Positions 1 through 12,955 of a stretch of 64,000 nucleotides of DNA are shown here, piece by piece; position 1 is the stretch's first letter, and every line of letters starts with the position of its first letter. The translations under genes were made by a program, and so were the position numbers. This DNA is from Octopus sinensis (Eukaryota): assembly GCF_006345805.1 (NCBI RefSeq), contig NC_043013.1, positions 37,696,001-37,760,000 on the forward strand. Reading direction: 5' to 3'. The notes below the pieces were generated by a model. It was not told where the DNA came from. It saw only the letters and a list, made by a program, of their open reading frames with translations, and searched no databases.

Positions 1-877
1 TTCGGTACAATGTGTTTATTATGGTAGTTTTGACTTCAAGAGACCCTCCTAGTGTGAGGCATTTATGTATAGTAATGCCCTCTTATAAATAAATATATCT
101 AAAAGGAATAATTAATAAATTTTTCCCTTATGAGGTTTTTCACGCTAACTACTTGATAAATACTTATAAAGATTTTATCCTATATTTCATATATATATGT
201 AGATAGGTAGGTATAGATATAGATATATATATAGATATAGATATAGATATATATCTTGTTCTATTTCAATTGCCCTTTATTTGATCTACGTTTTAAGTCT
301 TACCAGACGACTGACGCAAAATTACCCTCGAATCATTAGCTATTAGAACGTTAGAAAATTGCTTTCACATGCTCTCTCTTTGTGTTTCTATTTGTACATA
401 TCATTTTCTAAATCGGTCTCCCTCTCTCTCTCCTTCGCCCACTACTCTCTACATTATTATTTTACCGCTCTGATAAGAATTTTGCGAAGTTCCAATATTA
501 CGCGACACATTAATTGTTCATAACGTGAATTCAGACTTGGTTCTGTTTCACATTATCTCTTTTCACTGGTTGGAAATCGTACGAATTCATTGCTTCAAGA
601 ACAGGTACGGATTGAAAGGTAGTGTAATTTGTCGCTAAGTAATTTGAAACTAATTAAAGATACATATTCAGTGTTCCTGATTTGTGTTCGACGTAACACG
701 TACTTTATAAACAGGCAAGTATTTATACATACATGCGTATATAAACATGACTCTGTGAGCGTGTCTGTGTGTAAGTATAGCAATATACGTGTGTGTAAAT
801 ATGTGTGTGTGTGTACATATATATATACATATATATATATTTGTATATGTATGTTTTATGTATATATATATATGTAT

Positions 878-1200
878 AGGAGTGGATGTGGATTAAGTAG
901 TTTGCATACCAGCCACATGGTTCCGTGTTCAGTCCTACTGCGTGGCACCTTGGGCAAGTGTCTTCTACTATAGCCTCGGGTCGACCAAAGCCTTGTGAGT
1001 GGATTTGGTAGGCAGAAACTGAAGGAAGACTGCCGTATGTGTGAGTGTATATATATATATATATGTTAATGTATATGTTTTGCATATGTTTTGATCGATA
1101 AGATGAGTACTAGACTTACAAAATAGTCCTAGGGTTGATTTCTTTGACCAAAGGCGGTGCTGCAGCATAACCACAGTCAAATTACTGAAATAAATAAAAG
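878..1200 (+). mobile_element. tRNA-derived SINE family B (CORE-like centre, internal TA microsatellite), partly deleted
   Basis: Matches the other copies in this window: head with ccacatggttccg(t/g)gttcagtcc, then gcgtggcaccttgggcaagtgtcttctactatagcc, a (TA)n tract and a 3' aaaggcggtgct..cagcat..cagtcaaa..actgaaa tail. Confidence 0.85.
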
Positions 1201-1255
1201 AATAAAATAATATATATATATGTGTATATATATATATTATATATATATATAATAT

Positions 1256-1309
<54 letters not shown>

Positions 1310-1379
1310 TATATAATGCATGATAAAACGAATGGTTTACACGCGGTAGGTTACTGGTAAAACGCTGGAACTTTCACTG

Positions 1380-2365
1380 TGAACGTCAGGTATATAGCAA
1401 ATGAAAGACGGAGGATGGAATATACGAGAATTTATTATTAATCACGACAATTGCTTTGGCACGCCTAGTATCGATTCCTCTTGGGTTGGACATAACATCT
1501 GATTCAGAAGCATCCGGTGCCGCCGCAGATGTATCTCGTCTGTTGATAAATAAATAAAACTCGTTAAAATGACTGTTCCGCAATGTAGCTTTCCGTTTTG
1601 TAGAATGAAAAGCAGCCAGATGGAGGAAATATCTTCATTAATATAGAAAGTCAAAAACTAAATCGCATATGGCAAAAAGAGAAACGAACACGCAATATAG
1701 CGAGAAAAGTATTAAAAGTAACCGTTAACAGATATGGATGTATAAATGCCCTCGGGCAATCTTCATGGCGCGAGTACACTCGCTCCTACAAGCATCCGCA
1801 AAAATATGGGCATACGCGCACGCGAGGTTTGGTGCACTTATGATCACAAAGCGAGTTAGCTATCTGCTTGGTGTTTATAAGAATTGGAGAGGTTAGAAGT
1901 AATCCATATCTTAAAGTACAATAAACGGTTACTCAAGGCGGCGAGCTGGCAGAATCGTTAGCACGCCGGGCGAAATGCTAAGCGGTATTTCGTCTGTCTT
2001 TACGTTCTGAGTTCAAATTCCGCCGTGGTCGACTTTGCCTTTCATCCTTTCGGGGTCGATAAATTAAGTACCAGTTACGCACTGGGGTTGATGTAATCGA
2101 CTTAATACCTATGTCTGTCCTTGTGTGTCCCCTCTATGTTTAGCCCCTTGTGGGTAATAAAGAAATAGGTTACTCAAAATTAATTCCCACGGAATTGTGT
2201 GCAAGTACGTTTATATGCGTGTAGACATCTGGAGAGTCTTCCAGATATTCTAGTAATGATCTCGTTAGTCCACAGAATAGACGGAGAATTCTCGGAGCAT
2301 AGACGGCATCTGCTGGAAATTATATTGCATGGTTTCGCGTACCTTACTATCGACTAATTAATGCT
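1380..2365 (-). mobile_element. Inverted partial copy of the 3' end / pseudo-LTR of the adjacent Penelope-like element
   Basis: The reverse complement aligns by eye with about 3165-3900 (e.g. ttataaacaccaagcagatagctaact; gagtgtactcgcgccatg; caattgtcgtg). It is interrupted by a SINE at 1937-2167. Confidence 0.8.
1937..2167 (+). mobile_element. tRNA-derived SINE family A (Meta-domain-like), full length, 10-bp TSD
   Basis: A-box-like ggcgagctggcagaa, B-box gagttcaaattcc, central gactttgcctttcatcctttcggggtcgataaattaagtaccag. TSD ggttactcaa at 1927-1936 and 2168-2177. Confidence 0.92.
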
Positions 2366-2369
2366 GTTC

Positions 2370-3900
2370 TTCATTTTATCCTCGTTATGTTACCATAAAT
2401 AATACAGGCCAGGATGAAGTTGTCACGTCAATGAACTACCAACGAATACTCATAGACACATGCGGCATAATGCAACTGCTTGTTCCAATCCTATACAACA
2501 CACTCGATCAAATATGCCTAACAACAGATATAGGAATCAAGATGTTCTCTGGTTCAACCCAATTTTCGGTTTGCATGTTTCAACCAAGATCGTTGGAATT
2601 GTTTTGCTGCTTTAGACAAGTGTTTTCCTAAATCTAATTAATATCATGCTATTTTTAATCAACACGCCGTGAAGGTATCCTACGGCAACTCAGCTAATTT
2701 AAAACAGCTTATGCATCGCATAAACAATAACAAAATGCGGCAAAGGTTCAGTAACCCACCTACGGGATCTAGCAAACATTTGCATCTAAATACCAACCAA
2801 GAAGATGTAAACAGTAGTCATAAACACCAGCTACGATCAATTTGTAATAGAAGAAATACTTATTATACAGCTAACACGGTAACAACGGCGGTAAATGGAG
2901 TCGGGACTGCCTTATATACAAATAAATACATAAATGCCCATGCAGAGAAAAATTAAAATGTCCTTTGATGAATCACTGCATGAGTACAAATCGTGCATAT
3001 AAACGTACCACGCACACTAGGCGGAGGGCCGTATGTTTACATTGGGCAGACAGCTAATTCATTTAAGAATCGTTATCGTAACCATTTTGCCATCTTTAAG
3101 ACAATCAATAAGAGGCATTCAACATCTTTTGTAGATTTTGTATGGCGACTGAAGGAGGATAAAATAAAGTACAGCATTAATTGGTCCATAGTATGGCACG
3201 CGAGAACATACAATATAATTTCCAAGAGATGCCGTCTCTGCTCTGAAGAATAGCTGTCTATTCTGTGGACTAATGAGAAGATCATTAATAGAATCTCTGA
3301 ACGACTCCCGAGATGGCTACACGCATAAAAATGTACTCTCGCACAACACAGTGAGAATGAATTTTGAGTAACCGTTAACTTAATTTAATGTACCTTAATG
3401 TATGGATGACTTAAGTTTACTTTTAACCTTCCCATTCTTATAAACACCAAGCAGATAGCTAACTAGCTTTGTCATCATGAGTGTACCAAACGTCACGTGT
3501 GCGTATGCTCACATTTTTGCGGATGCATGTATGAACGAGTGTACTCGCGCCATGCCGCTTAACCGTTGTTAACGGTTTACATTAGATGCTATTCGCGGTG
3601 GATTTCGTGCTTGTATTTTTGCCATCTGTGATTTAATTTTTGATCTTTTATATAAATGAAGATATCACCTCCGTCTGGCTGCTTTGTTTTCTACAAAACG
3701 GAAAATTACATTGTAGAACAGTCATTTTAACGAGTTTATTTATTTATCATCCGACAAGATACATCGGCAGCACCGGATTCTCCTAAACTAGTGGTTGAGT
3801 GTCCCACCCATGAGGAATCGATGCTAGATGTGTCGAAACAATTGTCGTGGTTAACAATAAATTCTCGTATATTCCATCTTTCGTTATTCCTTTGCCATGT
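2370..3900 (+). mobile_element. Degenerate Penelope-like retroelement: RT C-terminus/linker, GIY-YIG endonuclease and 3' pseudo-LTR
   Basis: Frameshifted translation VLWFNP..LDKCFPKSN*YHAIFNQHAVKVSY, then YVYIGQTANSFKNRYRNH..RHSTSFVDFVWRLKE..WSIV..ARTYNIISKRCRLCSEE. This matches the typical PLE linker and GIY-YIG EN with a CxxC motif. Confidence 0.88.
2993..3330 (+). pseudogene. GIY-YIG endonuclease domain of the Penelope-like element (stop-disrupted)
   Basis: ORF 2993-3253 carries YIGQT...FKNRYRNH and KRCRLC. Homology continues past the stop as LSILWTNEKIINRISERL..LH. Confidence 0.85.
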
Positions 3901-4647
3901 ATATATATATATGTACGAGTGAGTGGACGAATGAAAGAAGGGCACTCAAAAAATGTATTGGAATTTATATGTATGGATTAAAACAGTTTGATTCAAATTT
4001 GTTGGTACTCTTGAGTTTCAAGCGTGGTGCTAGTCTTCAGCCATTTCGAATTTAAATGAGAAGACTTCATTGTTATTAGTGTAAGGTGGGCTGCAATTGG
4101 TCGAGGATGGTAACGCAGTTTCGTGGTCTGATAAATATATATGTGTAACACTTAGTTGGAAAATACCGCATGGTGAACAAACTGACAGTTTTCCTAATCA
4201 CCAACTGATCTATATCCTGCCCTCCATGTGGTCAATGTCCTGTTTACCATACAGTATTTTCAAACTAACTGTGGCTCTCACCAGCACCTTGGTTTAAATT
4301 CAACACGCCTTGTGAGCTAATGAGATCACAGTAGAAATCATACGCTGATTTCATAAATGTTAAAAGTTAAAATTATAAATAATAATGGTAGCTTGTTAGC
4401 AATTTTTTCAACCAAAAAGCAAAAATATATACATATATATTCACGCATACATATACATACACTCACGCACGCGCACATACACACAGACGTATACACGCAT
4501 ATATATTTGTATATAGGCATGTTTAAATCTGAATGTATGCTTGATAGATATGCATATGTTGATAGATATGCATATGGCCATCGGAATACAAACTGTATTT
4601 CTCATTTCTTTCTTCTATTCTTTGTATGCGTATAACATCTTTCATTG

Positions 4648-5255
4648 TCGATGATGTTGTCGATTAATAATGATGATGATGATGGTGGTGACGACGAAGA
4701 CAACAACGACGACGAAGGCAATCATGATGTCGATGATGATGGTGATGATGATGGTTGTTGTGATGGCGGCGGTAGTGAAAAACAACAAATTCTTATCCAT
4801 AATGTTTTATTTATTTGTTTATCTAGTTTTAGATATTTCGAATGCCTTTTGAAAAAAAAGAGATCCGGTCTGTATTAAGATGTGTTTAATTTCGCTGGTA
4901 TTTCTAGCAAATCAAATGCCTACGTACAGACTCTTGAAACATAAAGACTGTCTCCTGGAACATAACGCCACAAATACTATTCTTTCATATCCATTCTTAG
5001 CAGCAACATTGTCGTATCCATCATCATCACCATCATCACCACCACCACCACCACCACCACCACCACCACCACCGCCGTCATCATCATCTTCGTCATCATC
5101 ATCATCGTCACCATCGTCATCGTCATTATCATCGTCGTCGTCATTATCATCGTTGTCGTCGTCATCGTCATCATCATCATCATCATCATCATCGTCATCA
5201 TCATCATCATCATCACCATCATCAACTGCAGCAGCAGCAGCAGTAGCAGCAACAT
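4648..5255. repeat. Decayed (GAT)n/(CAT)n/(CAC)n trinucleotide tracts
   Basis: Visible low-complexity runs that produce the poly-D/S/P/M ORFs. Confidence 0.95.
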
Positions 5256-5345
5256 GACCACTACCATTCCGTCCTGATCATTATTATTTCAATTACTACT
5301 TGCTCTCGATTCTCTTGCCCCTCCTGTCTCTATTCTGTCCTCCCA

Positions 5346-5387
<42 letters not shown>

Positions 5388-6019
5388 ACATTACACACAA
5401 ACACACACATATCATATGATCATATGACCACATTCATTAGAATTATCTTCATTGCTTCGTTATTAATTTTCCAGTCTTAATAAACCTTTAACAATGAGAA
5501 ACTGCAACTCCAACAACTACAAATAGAAAACAATTTGCCCTGAAACCTAATTTCTATATAGCCTTCATATATCGCTGTGTGATACAATAGAGCGTGCAGG
5601 AGATCCTCTTGCTATTGTTCTTCGTTGTAACGCCGCCAAAAACCTCGTTCTCCAGAGCTGGATATTTTGTTTCCAAGTAGCATTAATAATACGTTAGCCT
5701 GAGGTGAAAAACGGCTTTCATCTGCTTCAGTTTTCTAAACGAAGAAACATTACACTTTATATTTACTAACGAGAAAACTGAGACCGAACCGAAAGAGAGG
5801 AGAGAAATAATGAACAAATAATGATGGAGTAAATATAGAGAAAGAAAAAAAAAAATAAAGATGTAAGAAAACTCGGAGAAACGTAAGTAAATGAAATATT
5901 AAAAATAAAAATAACATATAAAATAGAGGAATTAAAATTGCTTCCTTTAGAGAGAGATTTGTTATGTTGGAAAGATTATTTTCATTAAATATTTCGGTTG
6001 TCCTTGTTAAAAGACGAGG

Positions 6020-6071
6020 GCAGTGATGGTTATGCTGGTAGAGGTGGTGGTGGTGGTGGTGATGGTGACGT

Positions 6072-6126
<55 letters not shown>

Positions 6127-6760
6127 GAGAAGGAGCAGAAGGAAATAGTGATAGAAATGATGACGACGACGACAACAACTATAATGACGAACATGCCGCT
6201 GCCGCTACTGCTACTACCGCTGCTCATTGTGATGATGATGATAGTTTTGATGACGATGATGTGGAGGAGGATAATGTTTTTGCTGACGATGAAGATTATG
6301 ATGAAGATGGTGATGAAGAGGAGGAGGGGGATGACGACGATGACGAAAGCAGCGACGATTATGATGTCTATGATTATGATGATAATGATAACGATTGCGT
6401 TGGTGATGATGATATGGAAATTGATGATGATGAGGAGGAGGTGATGCCGATAATGACGACGATCACGAAGATAACGACTATAACGATGACGATGATAATG
6501 ATAATGATGACGATGATGATGATGACAATGGTGACGAAGATGATGACGATGATGATGGCAATGAAGACGATGAAAACGATAATGTTGAAGAGGATGATGA
6601 TGGGGAGGGGAAGAACAGAAGGAAGGCAGGATGATAATAACGACGACGATGGCGACGATGATGAATGTCGATTATGATGATGATGATAATGTTGATGATG
6701 ACGATGATGATGATGTTCATGTTCATGATGATGATAATGATGACGATGATGACGAAAAGT
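6020..6760. repeat. Long decayed (GAT)n/(GAC)n/(GAG)n tract
   Basis: About 740 bp of GAN triplets, open in several frames and on both strands. Confidence 0.95.
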
Positions 6761-7702
6761 TTTCATCGAACCTTGCCTTAACCGTGAGAGTTACTTACAC
6801 AGATGAGTACATTCATAAAGATAAGTGTATGTATTTATTGTTAACGTGTAATGTGCCTATATTGCAGTAATTAAGGACGGTTAGCCAAACCTATACTATT
6901 AGAAGATAATTCTAAATTTCTCAATAGCTGTCATTTGAACAATAACTGCTTGCAAACAAAATGGTTTTCAAAACCAAGATCATTAACTTGCAAAGGACCG
7001 TAAGTAATTACATCGGAATGACTGGAAGTATGTTCAAGGAAGGTCACACACACCGAACTCTCTTCCATAGACAGATTAGTATGACAAACTCGCGAGATGT
7101 TTGTCTAGTATAGCATATAACCTTGAAGATACGGATTGCTGACAAAACCTTAATAAGCAAGAGCCACCATAGCTTAGTTCAGAAATCCTATGGTACAACA
7201 CAGCAAATTCAGCCTTTGTATAAATTCAGCATCTAACTTTCTGAATACGAATAGAAAAAGATTAAACTGTCAAAATTCAAGATAGGCCTGTCCTTGACAT
7301 CTCAGTATAACAGACCAGCATAAATTTAAGATATACTGTTAGTACGTCTGATATGCATAATAAATATGCATTCCCTATTGAAACCCAAGAACTCAGATTT
7401 GAATCATAAACCGTTCACATGTATATAATACTTATACCAGATATCCTTTCATGAAGTTATGCTTTCATGAAATTGAAATTACATGAAGGGTAAAGACCTT
7501 TGAATTTTTTTGTGAATTCCATAACATATCCAGTATACACATACACACGTATCCGCTAAAGAGGGGAGTGTGTGAAGCATGTATTATATGGTGATTGCTC
7601 CATCTTCAGAGATGATTGTCGTCTCCTTGTGCGTCTTCATTGTCAATGGCATTTCTCCGTCCATCACCTCTCAGCTCTCCTGCATATCTGCATAGTTTGA
7701 AG

Positions 7703-7926
7703 CATAGGTGACAGAATAAATTGCAGGTTGCTGTGCGCTTTCAAATATTTAGATCACTGCACGTCATCCCGCTTCCATCGCCATATGATTTATACGTCAT
7801 TGGATTATAGCAGAGAAGAAGAGTACCACTTTCTTAGTCTCTGTGATTAATACCTAATGACAAACTGGAGCGATGTGAGCAGTAATCATATGAAACTGCA
7901 GGTTTTACAATTAGGATGTTCTCCTA
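7703..7926 (-). other. Ancient coding-derived segment, homologous to 37780-38061 (+); identity unknown
   Basis: Alignable by eye with the 38-kb copy. Several differences fall at synonymous positions. Confidence 0.6.
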
Positions 7927-8261
7927 GAAGAACGCTGCGACCAGAGAAGAGGACCGTCATATCCGGTGGTTTTTCTGCAAGACCTACCAACAGCCGAGTA
8001 TTTTTCTGAGTTCTTGCAATTTGACGGATTGTCATGAAATATACTAGTTACCACATAGCTGAGACCTTCAGAGTTGCTACTGCTTTGGGTTAGAGTAGAC
8101 TTGAGAACAGCAGTATTTAAGATGTAGCTCCACACTTCTGAAAATTCTAGAACTTCCGAAACAACACCTACCTCACACCAGATGCCGTTTAAAGACATAC
8201 ACGTGGAATATGTAGGTTACTCATACATATTTACAGATGTGATTCAGTACTATGAAATTTG

Positions 8262-8615
8262 CTTTCCAACCAGATAGCGGGACCATGATCGAATCAGAAC
8301 TCTATGTGACTTTGGGCAAGATATTTTTACTGGAGCCTCGGTCCGGCCAAAGCCTTGTGAGTGGGTTTGGTGAACGGAAACTGAAAGAAGCCTGTCATAT
8401 AGATATGTGTGTAGTTTGTGTGTGCATGCATGTTAGACTCCACTGCTTAACAACTGGTGTTTCTGTGTTTACGTTCCTGCAACTTAGTGGTTCTGCAAAA
8501 CAGACGATACAATAAGTACCGGGTTTAAATGAATATAAAATACTGGAATCGATCTATCACAAAAGCTCTTCAAGACTGTGCACCAGTATGGCCGCAGTCT
8601 AATAACTGAAACACG
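8262..8615 (+). mobile_element. SINE family B, diverged
   Basis: gactttgggcaaga..ggccaaagccttgtgagtgg..cggaaactgaaagaagcc and a 3' ccagtatggccgcagtctaataactgaaac. Confidence 0.8.
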
Positions 8616-11049
8616 TAAGAGATTATAGATAAACAATATATATATATAGACAGACAGACAGGCAGGCACACTGACAGAGAGAGGGTGACCTACATACATA
8701 CATAAAAACTTTTATGCATACATACATGCATGTAGACATACATATAAAACATGCATAGAGATCAACGGACAGACAGATACATACATATATATATCTATAC
8801 ATACCTGCATACATACATACATGCATACACACATACGGACATGCATACATACATGCATATATACATACATGCCTACACAGAGACATACATACCTGCATAT
8901 ATGCATGCATATAGACATACGTACATGTTATTCAGAGGCATATCAGTAGTTCACTCTTTCATCTTATTAAATTATGTTCCAGTTTTATTATATCACTAAT
9001 TTAATGAGACTTTCTATCAGTGTTATCACACTATGATAGATGTTTATTTTTTTTTTTTCCATGTGAAGCCGATAATTTTGGCATTTAATCAATTTATGTA
9101 TATTTCTCTAATTTTTACTAACTTCAACCACAGCAGTGTTTCGTTTTGTTATGACTGTAGCTGTTCGTCATTTTCTTTTCCTTTTTTTTTTTTTTTTTTG
9201 TAAGTTCAACTTTCCATATAGTGTAATATGAAAACTTTTGTGTTTTTCCGATGATCTCTAGAAAGATGTGGTTGTTGATTTTTCTGAACTTCACTTGGCA
9301 TAAAGTGTCAGATTTAATGAGGAAACAATAAATAAATTTTAGAATATACGTACTTCCCAATAAAAACTGCAAATATGAATAGTCGATAGCTATACCTACG
9401 CGTGGGAACTGAAGCTTAATTTGAGTCGCCCTTCGTAAAAAAGTGAAATGCAACTATTCAATATTCTTTTCATGTAAGTCATTCTGAAAACCGAGTTATT
9501 AATGATAATAAGGTGTTTAACAATTTGTGATGACGTCGAATTTATATAATACGTAATCATACGAGTTACGGTAGGGATCTCATACCCCTTCTTAGTTGAT
9601 TTTAGGAGAAGGAAATGGCTTAATTGTACGATTTAAAATTACCTCTACGAAATATAGAGTACCCCGTTGGTCATATTGTGTGTGAGTATGTGTGTATGTG
9701 TGTGTGTGTATATCTGTGTGTGTGTAAGTGTGTTTGTGTATTGTGTGGTTTTGTGCATGTTTGTCATATAGAAAAGGTGTTTCGCCCTTAGCAACAAGCT
9801 ATCTTGCATGTGTGAGAGCAATTTGGGGGACAAAATGTGTGGAAACCCAAGATATAGGAATATATATATCTATATGTTTGTTTGTTTGCGTGTGTGTGTG
9901 TGTATTTGCGTCGGTGTGTGCGTGTGTGCGTGTGTCTGGGTGCGTACGTGCTCCAAACTTTATAACATGAAGTTTAGCTACTCGTCTTTCGACAACATCG
10001 TTTCATACGTCGCACAAACATACACCTGCACACACTTTCACTTCGAAGACTAACCTGTAACACTAGAATTCCTACCACTTGCCCACTGGTAATATCCTGT
10101 ATTTCAAAGGCTGTAGCTTTTAATGTTCCCCACACACCTCACTCCACCAACTGACTGTATGACATGGCATGACAACCAATACATTCAAGGGAAGTTATAC
10201 ACTTCACAAGTGCTTCATCAGTAGTCGTGTTGGCTAAAGCGCCACTTTCATGTCTCGCTTCACCTGCAGACTACTTACGCATCGAAATAACTTCCTCTAC
10301 AACAAATGGAGTTTTCCAGTCTGCCACACTTTTTATTATACATATGCTATCAGCCGCAATATCCGCAAACAGGAAAAATGAATTATTCTGTATTTCCTAA
10401 CAGAGCTACTTCTTGTTAAAGAACTTTAGCTTCTTAGTTACTGAAAAATACGATATACTACCTATATAATAGGATATACTAGCTCATCAACATACAGAGG
10501 AAGATTATATAATATCTGCCGATCATACGAACTAGAGGCCACCTATGTTGATCTTGCAATCTCTATTATAACCCAACACCATCAGAATTGTTATTCCAAA
10601 AGAAAGACTACTACCACGAAGGTGAGTCCAATCCACTTAACAATAACTAAGCTTACAGACTCCTGCGAGCATTTGTCACCCATGATGTGCAACCGCAAAT
10701 ACAAGGTATGGAAGCCACAAATATTCTTTCCGATGACATACAACTATAAATAAGGATTAGTATTGTTACTTTCATAGCTTTAATAGCACGTCATTTGAAC
10801 TAACCATTAAAAGCTTCAGCACATAGAAGCCTTCTTAAATTTTTTCAAACATTCCATTCTGTCTCCGAACACGTGATGCAATTCACATCAAACTAAACTT
10901 AATGTCATGAGGAGCAGAATCAAACATGTATAAACTTCCAACTGAAACCAAATACGTTGAGCGCTGCTCTCTTTCGTTCGTAAGTTTTATGGCTTTATAT
11001 ACATATCTCTATGTATATTCATATATATGTATGTAAGCATGTATGTATG

Positions 11050-11395
<346 letters not shown>

Positions 11396-11494
11396 ATGGA
11401 GAATTTGTACAAAATGTATAAATGGCTGATGAGTAAAGCATCGCATAGTTTCGATTACATGTCTATTACACACTCCATGTACCTTATTAATAAT

Positions 11495-11725
11495 TATTTC
11501 TTTATTGCCCACAAGGGGCTACACACAGAGGGGAGAAACAAAGACAGACAAACGGATTAAGTCGATTTTATCGACCCTAGTGCGTAACTGGTACTAATTT
11601 AATCGACCCCGAAATGATGAAAGCCAAAGTCGACCTCGGCAGAATTTGAACTCAGAACGTGGCGGCAGACGAAATACTGCTAAGCATTTTGTCCGGCGTG
11701 CTAACGTTTCTGCCAGCTCGCCGCC
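11495..11725 (-). mobile_element. SINE family A, full length, 9-bp TSD
   Basis: Reverse complement of the family A consensus. TSD ttattaata at 11484-11492 and 11726-11734. Confidence 0.9.
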
Positions 11726-11805
11726 TTATTAATACTGTTATACTCTCACACACACACGCACGCACACACACACACACACACACACAAATATATATATAGG
11801 AGCAG

Positions 11806-12182
11806 GCGTGTGTATGTTGTAATAAGCTTGCTTCCCAGACACATGGTTCCGGGTTCAGTCCCACTGCGTGGCACTTTGGACAAGTGTCTTCCACCATGGC
11901 CTCGGGTCGGCCAATGCTTTGTAAGTGGATTTCGTAGAGGGAAACTGAAAGAAGCCCGTCATATATATATATATGTTCGTGTGTCTGTTTTTGTCCCACA
12001 CCATCGCTTGACAACCGATGGTGTGTTTACGTCCCTGTAACTTAGCGATTCGCAAAAGAAACCAATAGAATATGTAAAACCTTACAAAGAATAAGTGATG
12101 GGGTCGATTAGCTCGACTAATGATGTTCTCCAACATGGCCTCAGTCAAATGACTGAAACGAGTAAAAGAATAAAAGAGTAAA
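11806..12182 (+). mobile_element. SINE family B, full length
   Basis: Head, CORE-like centre, (TA)n and 3' tail are all present. Confidence 0.88.
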
Positions 12183-12249
12183 ATAAAATATATATGTGTG
12201 TGTATGTGTGTGTGTTTCTATAATATATATCTTTTATTTTTGAATTCAC

Positions 12250-12630
12250 TCGTTTCATTTATTAGACTGCGGCCATGCTACGGTGGTGCCTTGAAGAATT
12301 TTAGTCAAACGATTCGATCTCAGAAATGATTTAGTATTTGCTTAAATCTGGAACCTATTTCGTTGTTTTCTTTTACTGAAGCGCTCGGTTACAAGGGCGT
12401 AAACACACTATCGCCGGTTATAAAATTGTGGCAGAGGAGAAACAGAGACACAAAGACACACATAGATATTTTCTTTCAGCTTCAGTCAACGAAACCTAAT
12501 CACAAGTCTTTTGTCAGCTCGTGGCTATACTAGAAGACACTTGCTTCAGATACCAAACAGTGGGACTGAATCTGGATCCATATCGTTGGGAATCCGGATC
12601 CATATCGTTTCTTACCATAGGGCTTAAACT
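12250..12630 (-). mobile_element. SINE family B, diverged
   Basis: Reverse-strand match: gactgcggccatgct..; aagtcttttgtcagctcgtggctatactagaagacacttgc. Confidence 0.7.
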
Positions 12631-12720
12631 ATTTGCCTCGGCCGAGCGTAGTTTCCATCGACGAACATCTATGTCATGGGTCCAGCATGCTTCCACTACA
12701 TCACTATCATCTTGCTTGCA

Positions 12721-12781
<61 letters not shown>

Positions 12782-12874
12782 GCGTATATAACTTACACAG
12801 ATGTACGGCGATGAGAGATACAGACCAAAAGACCGGTGTCCAGGTACGAAGAACCTTTAAATAACCCAGTTAAA

Positions 12875-12955
12875 CACTTCCGTTTCACTTCCGCTTCACT
12901 TCCGCTTCACTTCCGCCGGCAAAAATACACTGGACCGGTGATTGGTCCATTAGAA
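12875..12955. promoter_or_regulatory. Four tandem ETS-type sites (CACTTCCG, 11-bp period) plus a reverse CCAAT box
   Basis: cacttccg at 12875, 12886, 12897 and 12908; gattgg at about 12950; locally CpG-rich. No linked gene seen. Confidence 0.4.

Noticed and set aside
465-510. ccgctCTGATAAg..cGAAg hammerhead-like words
   Set aside because: The core and GAAA are both imperfect and stems I and III are not recoverable.
5550-5720. Short open frames on both strands in unique sequence
   Set aside because: Weak splice sites and no recognisable homology.
5998-6870. Poly-Asp/Glu ORFs resembling acidic biomineralisation proteins (also 4645-5267 and 23122-23973)
   Set aside because: Decayed (GAT)n microsatellites are open in several frames on both strands. 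There is no signal peptide, splice context or unique domain.
7911-8198. 95-aa minus-strand ORF as a host exon
   Set aside because: No recognisable domain. The adjacent homology to the 38-kb copy is in a different frame and contains stops.
9990-10960. Unique-looking stretch with faint RT-like fragments (ILSDDIQL, AHRSLL)
   Set aside because: Motif spacing does not fit and stops are dense. It may be a very old LINE but I cannot support that.
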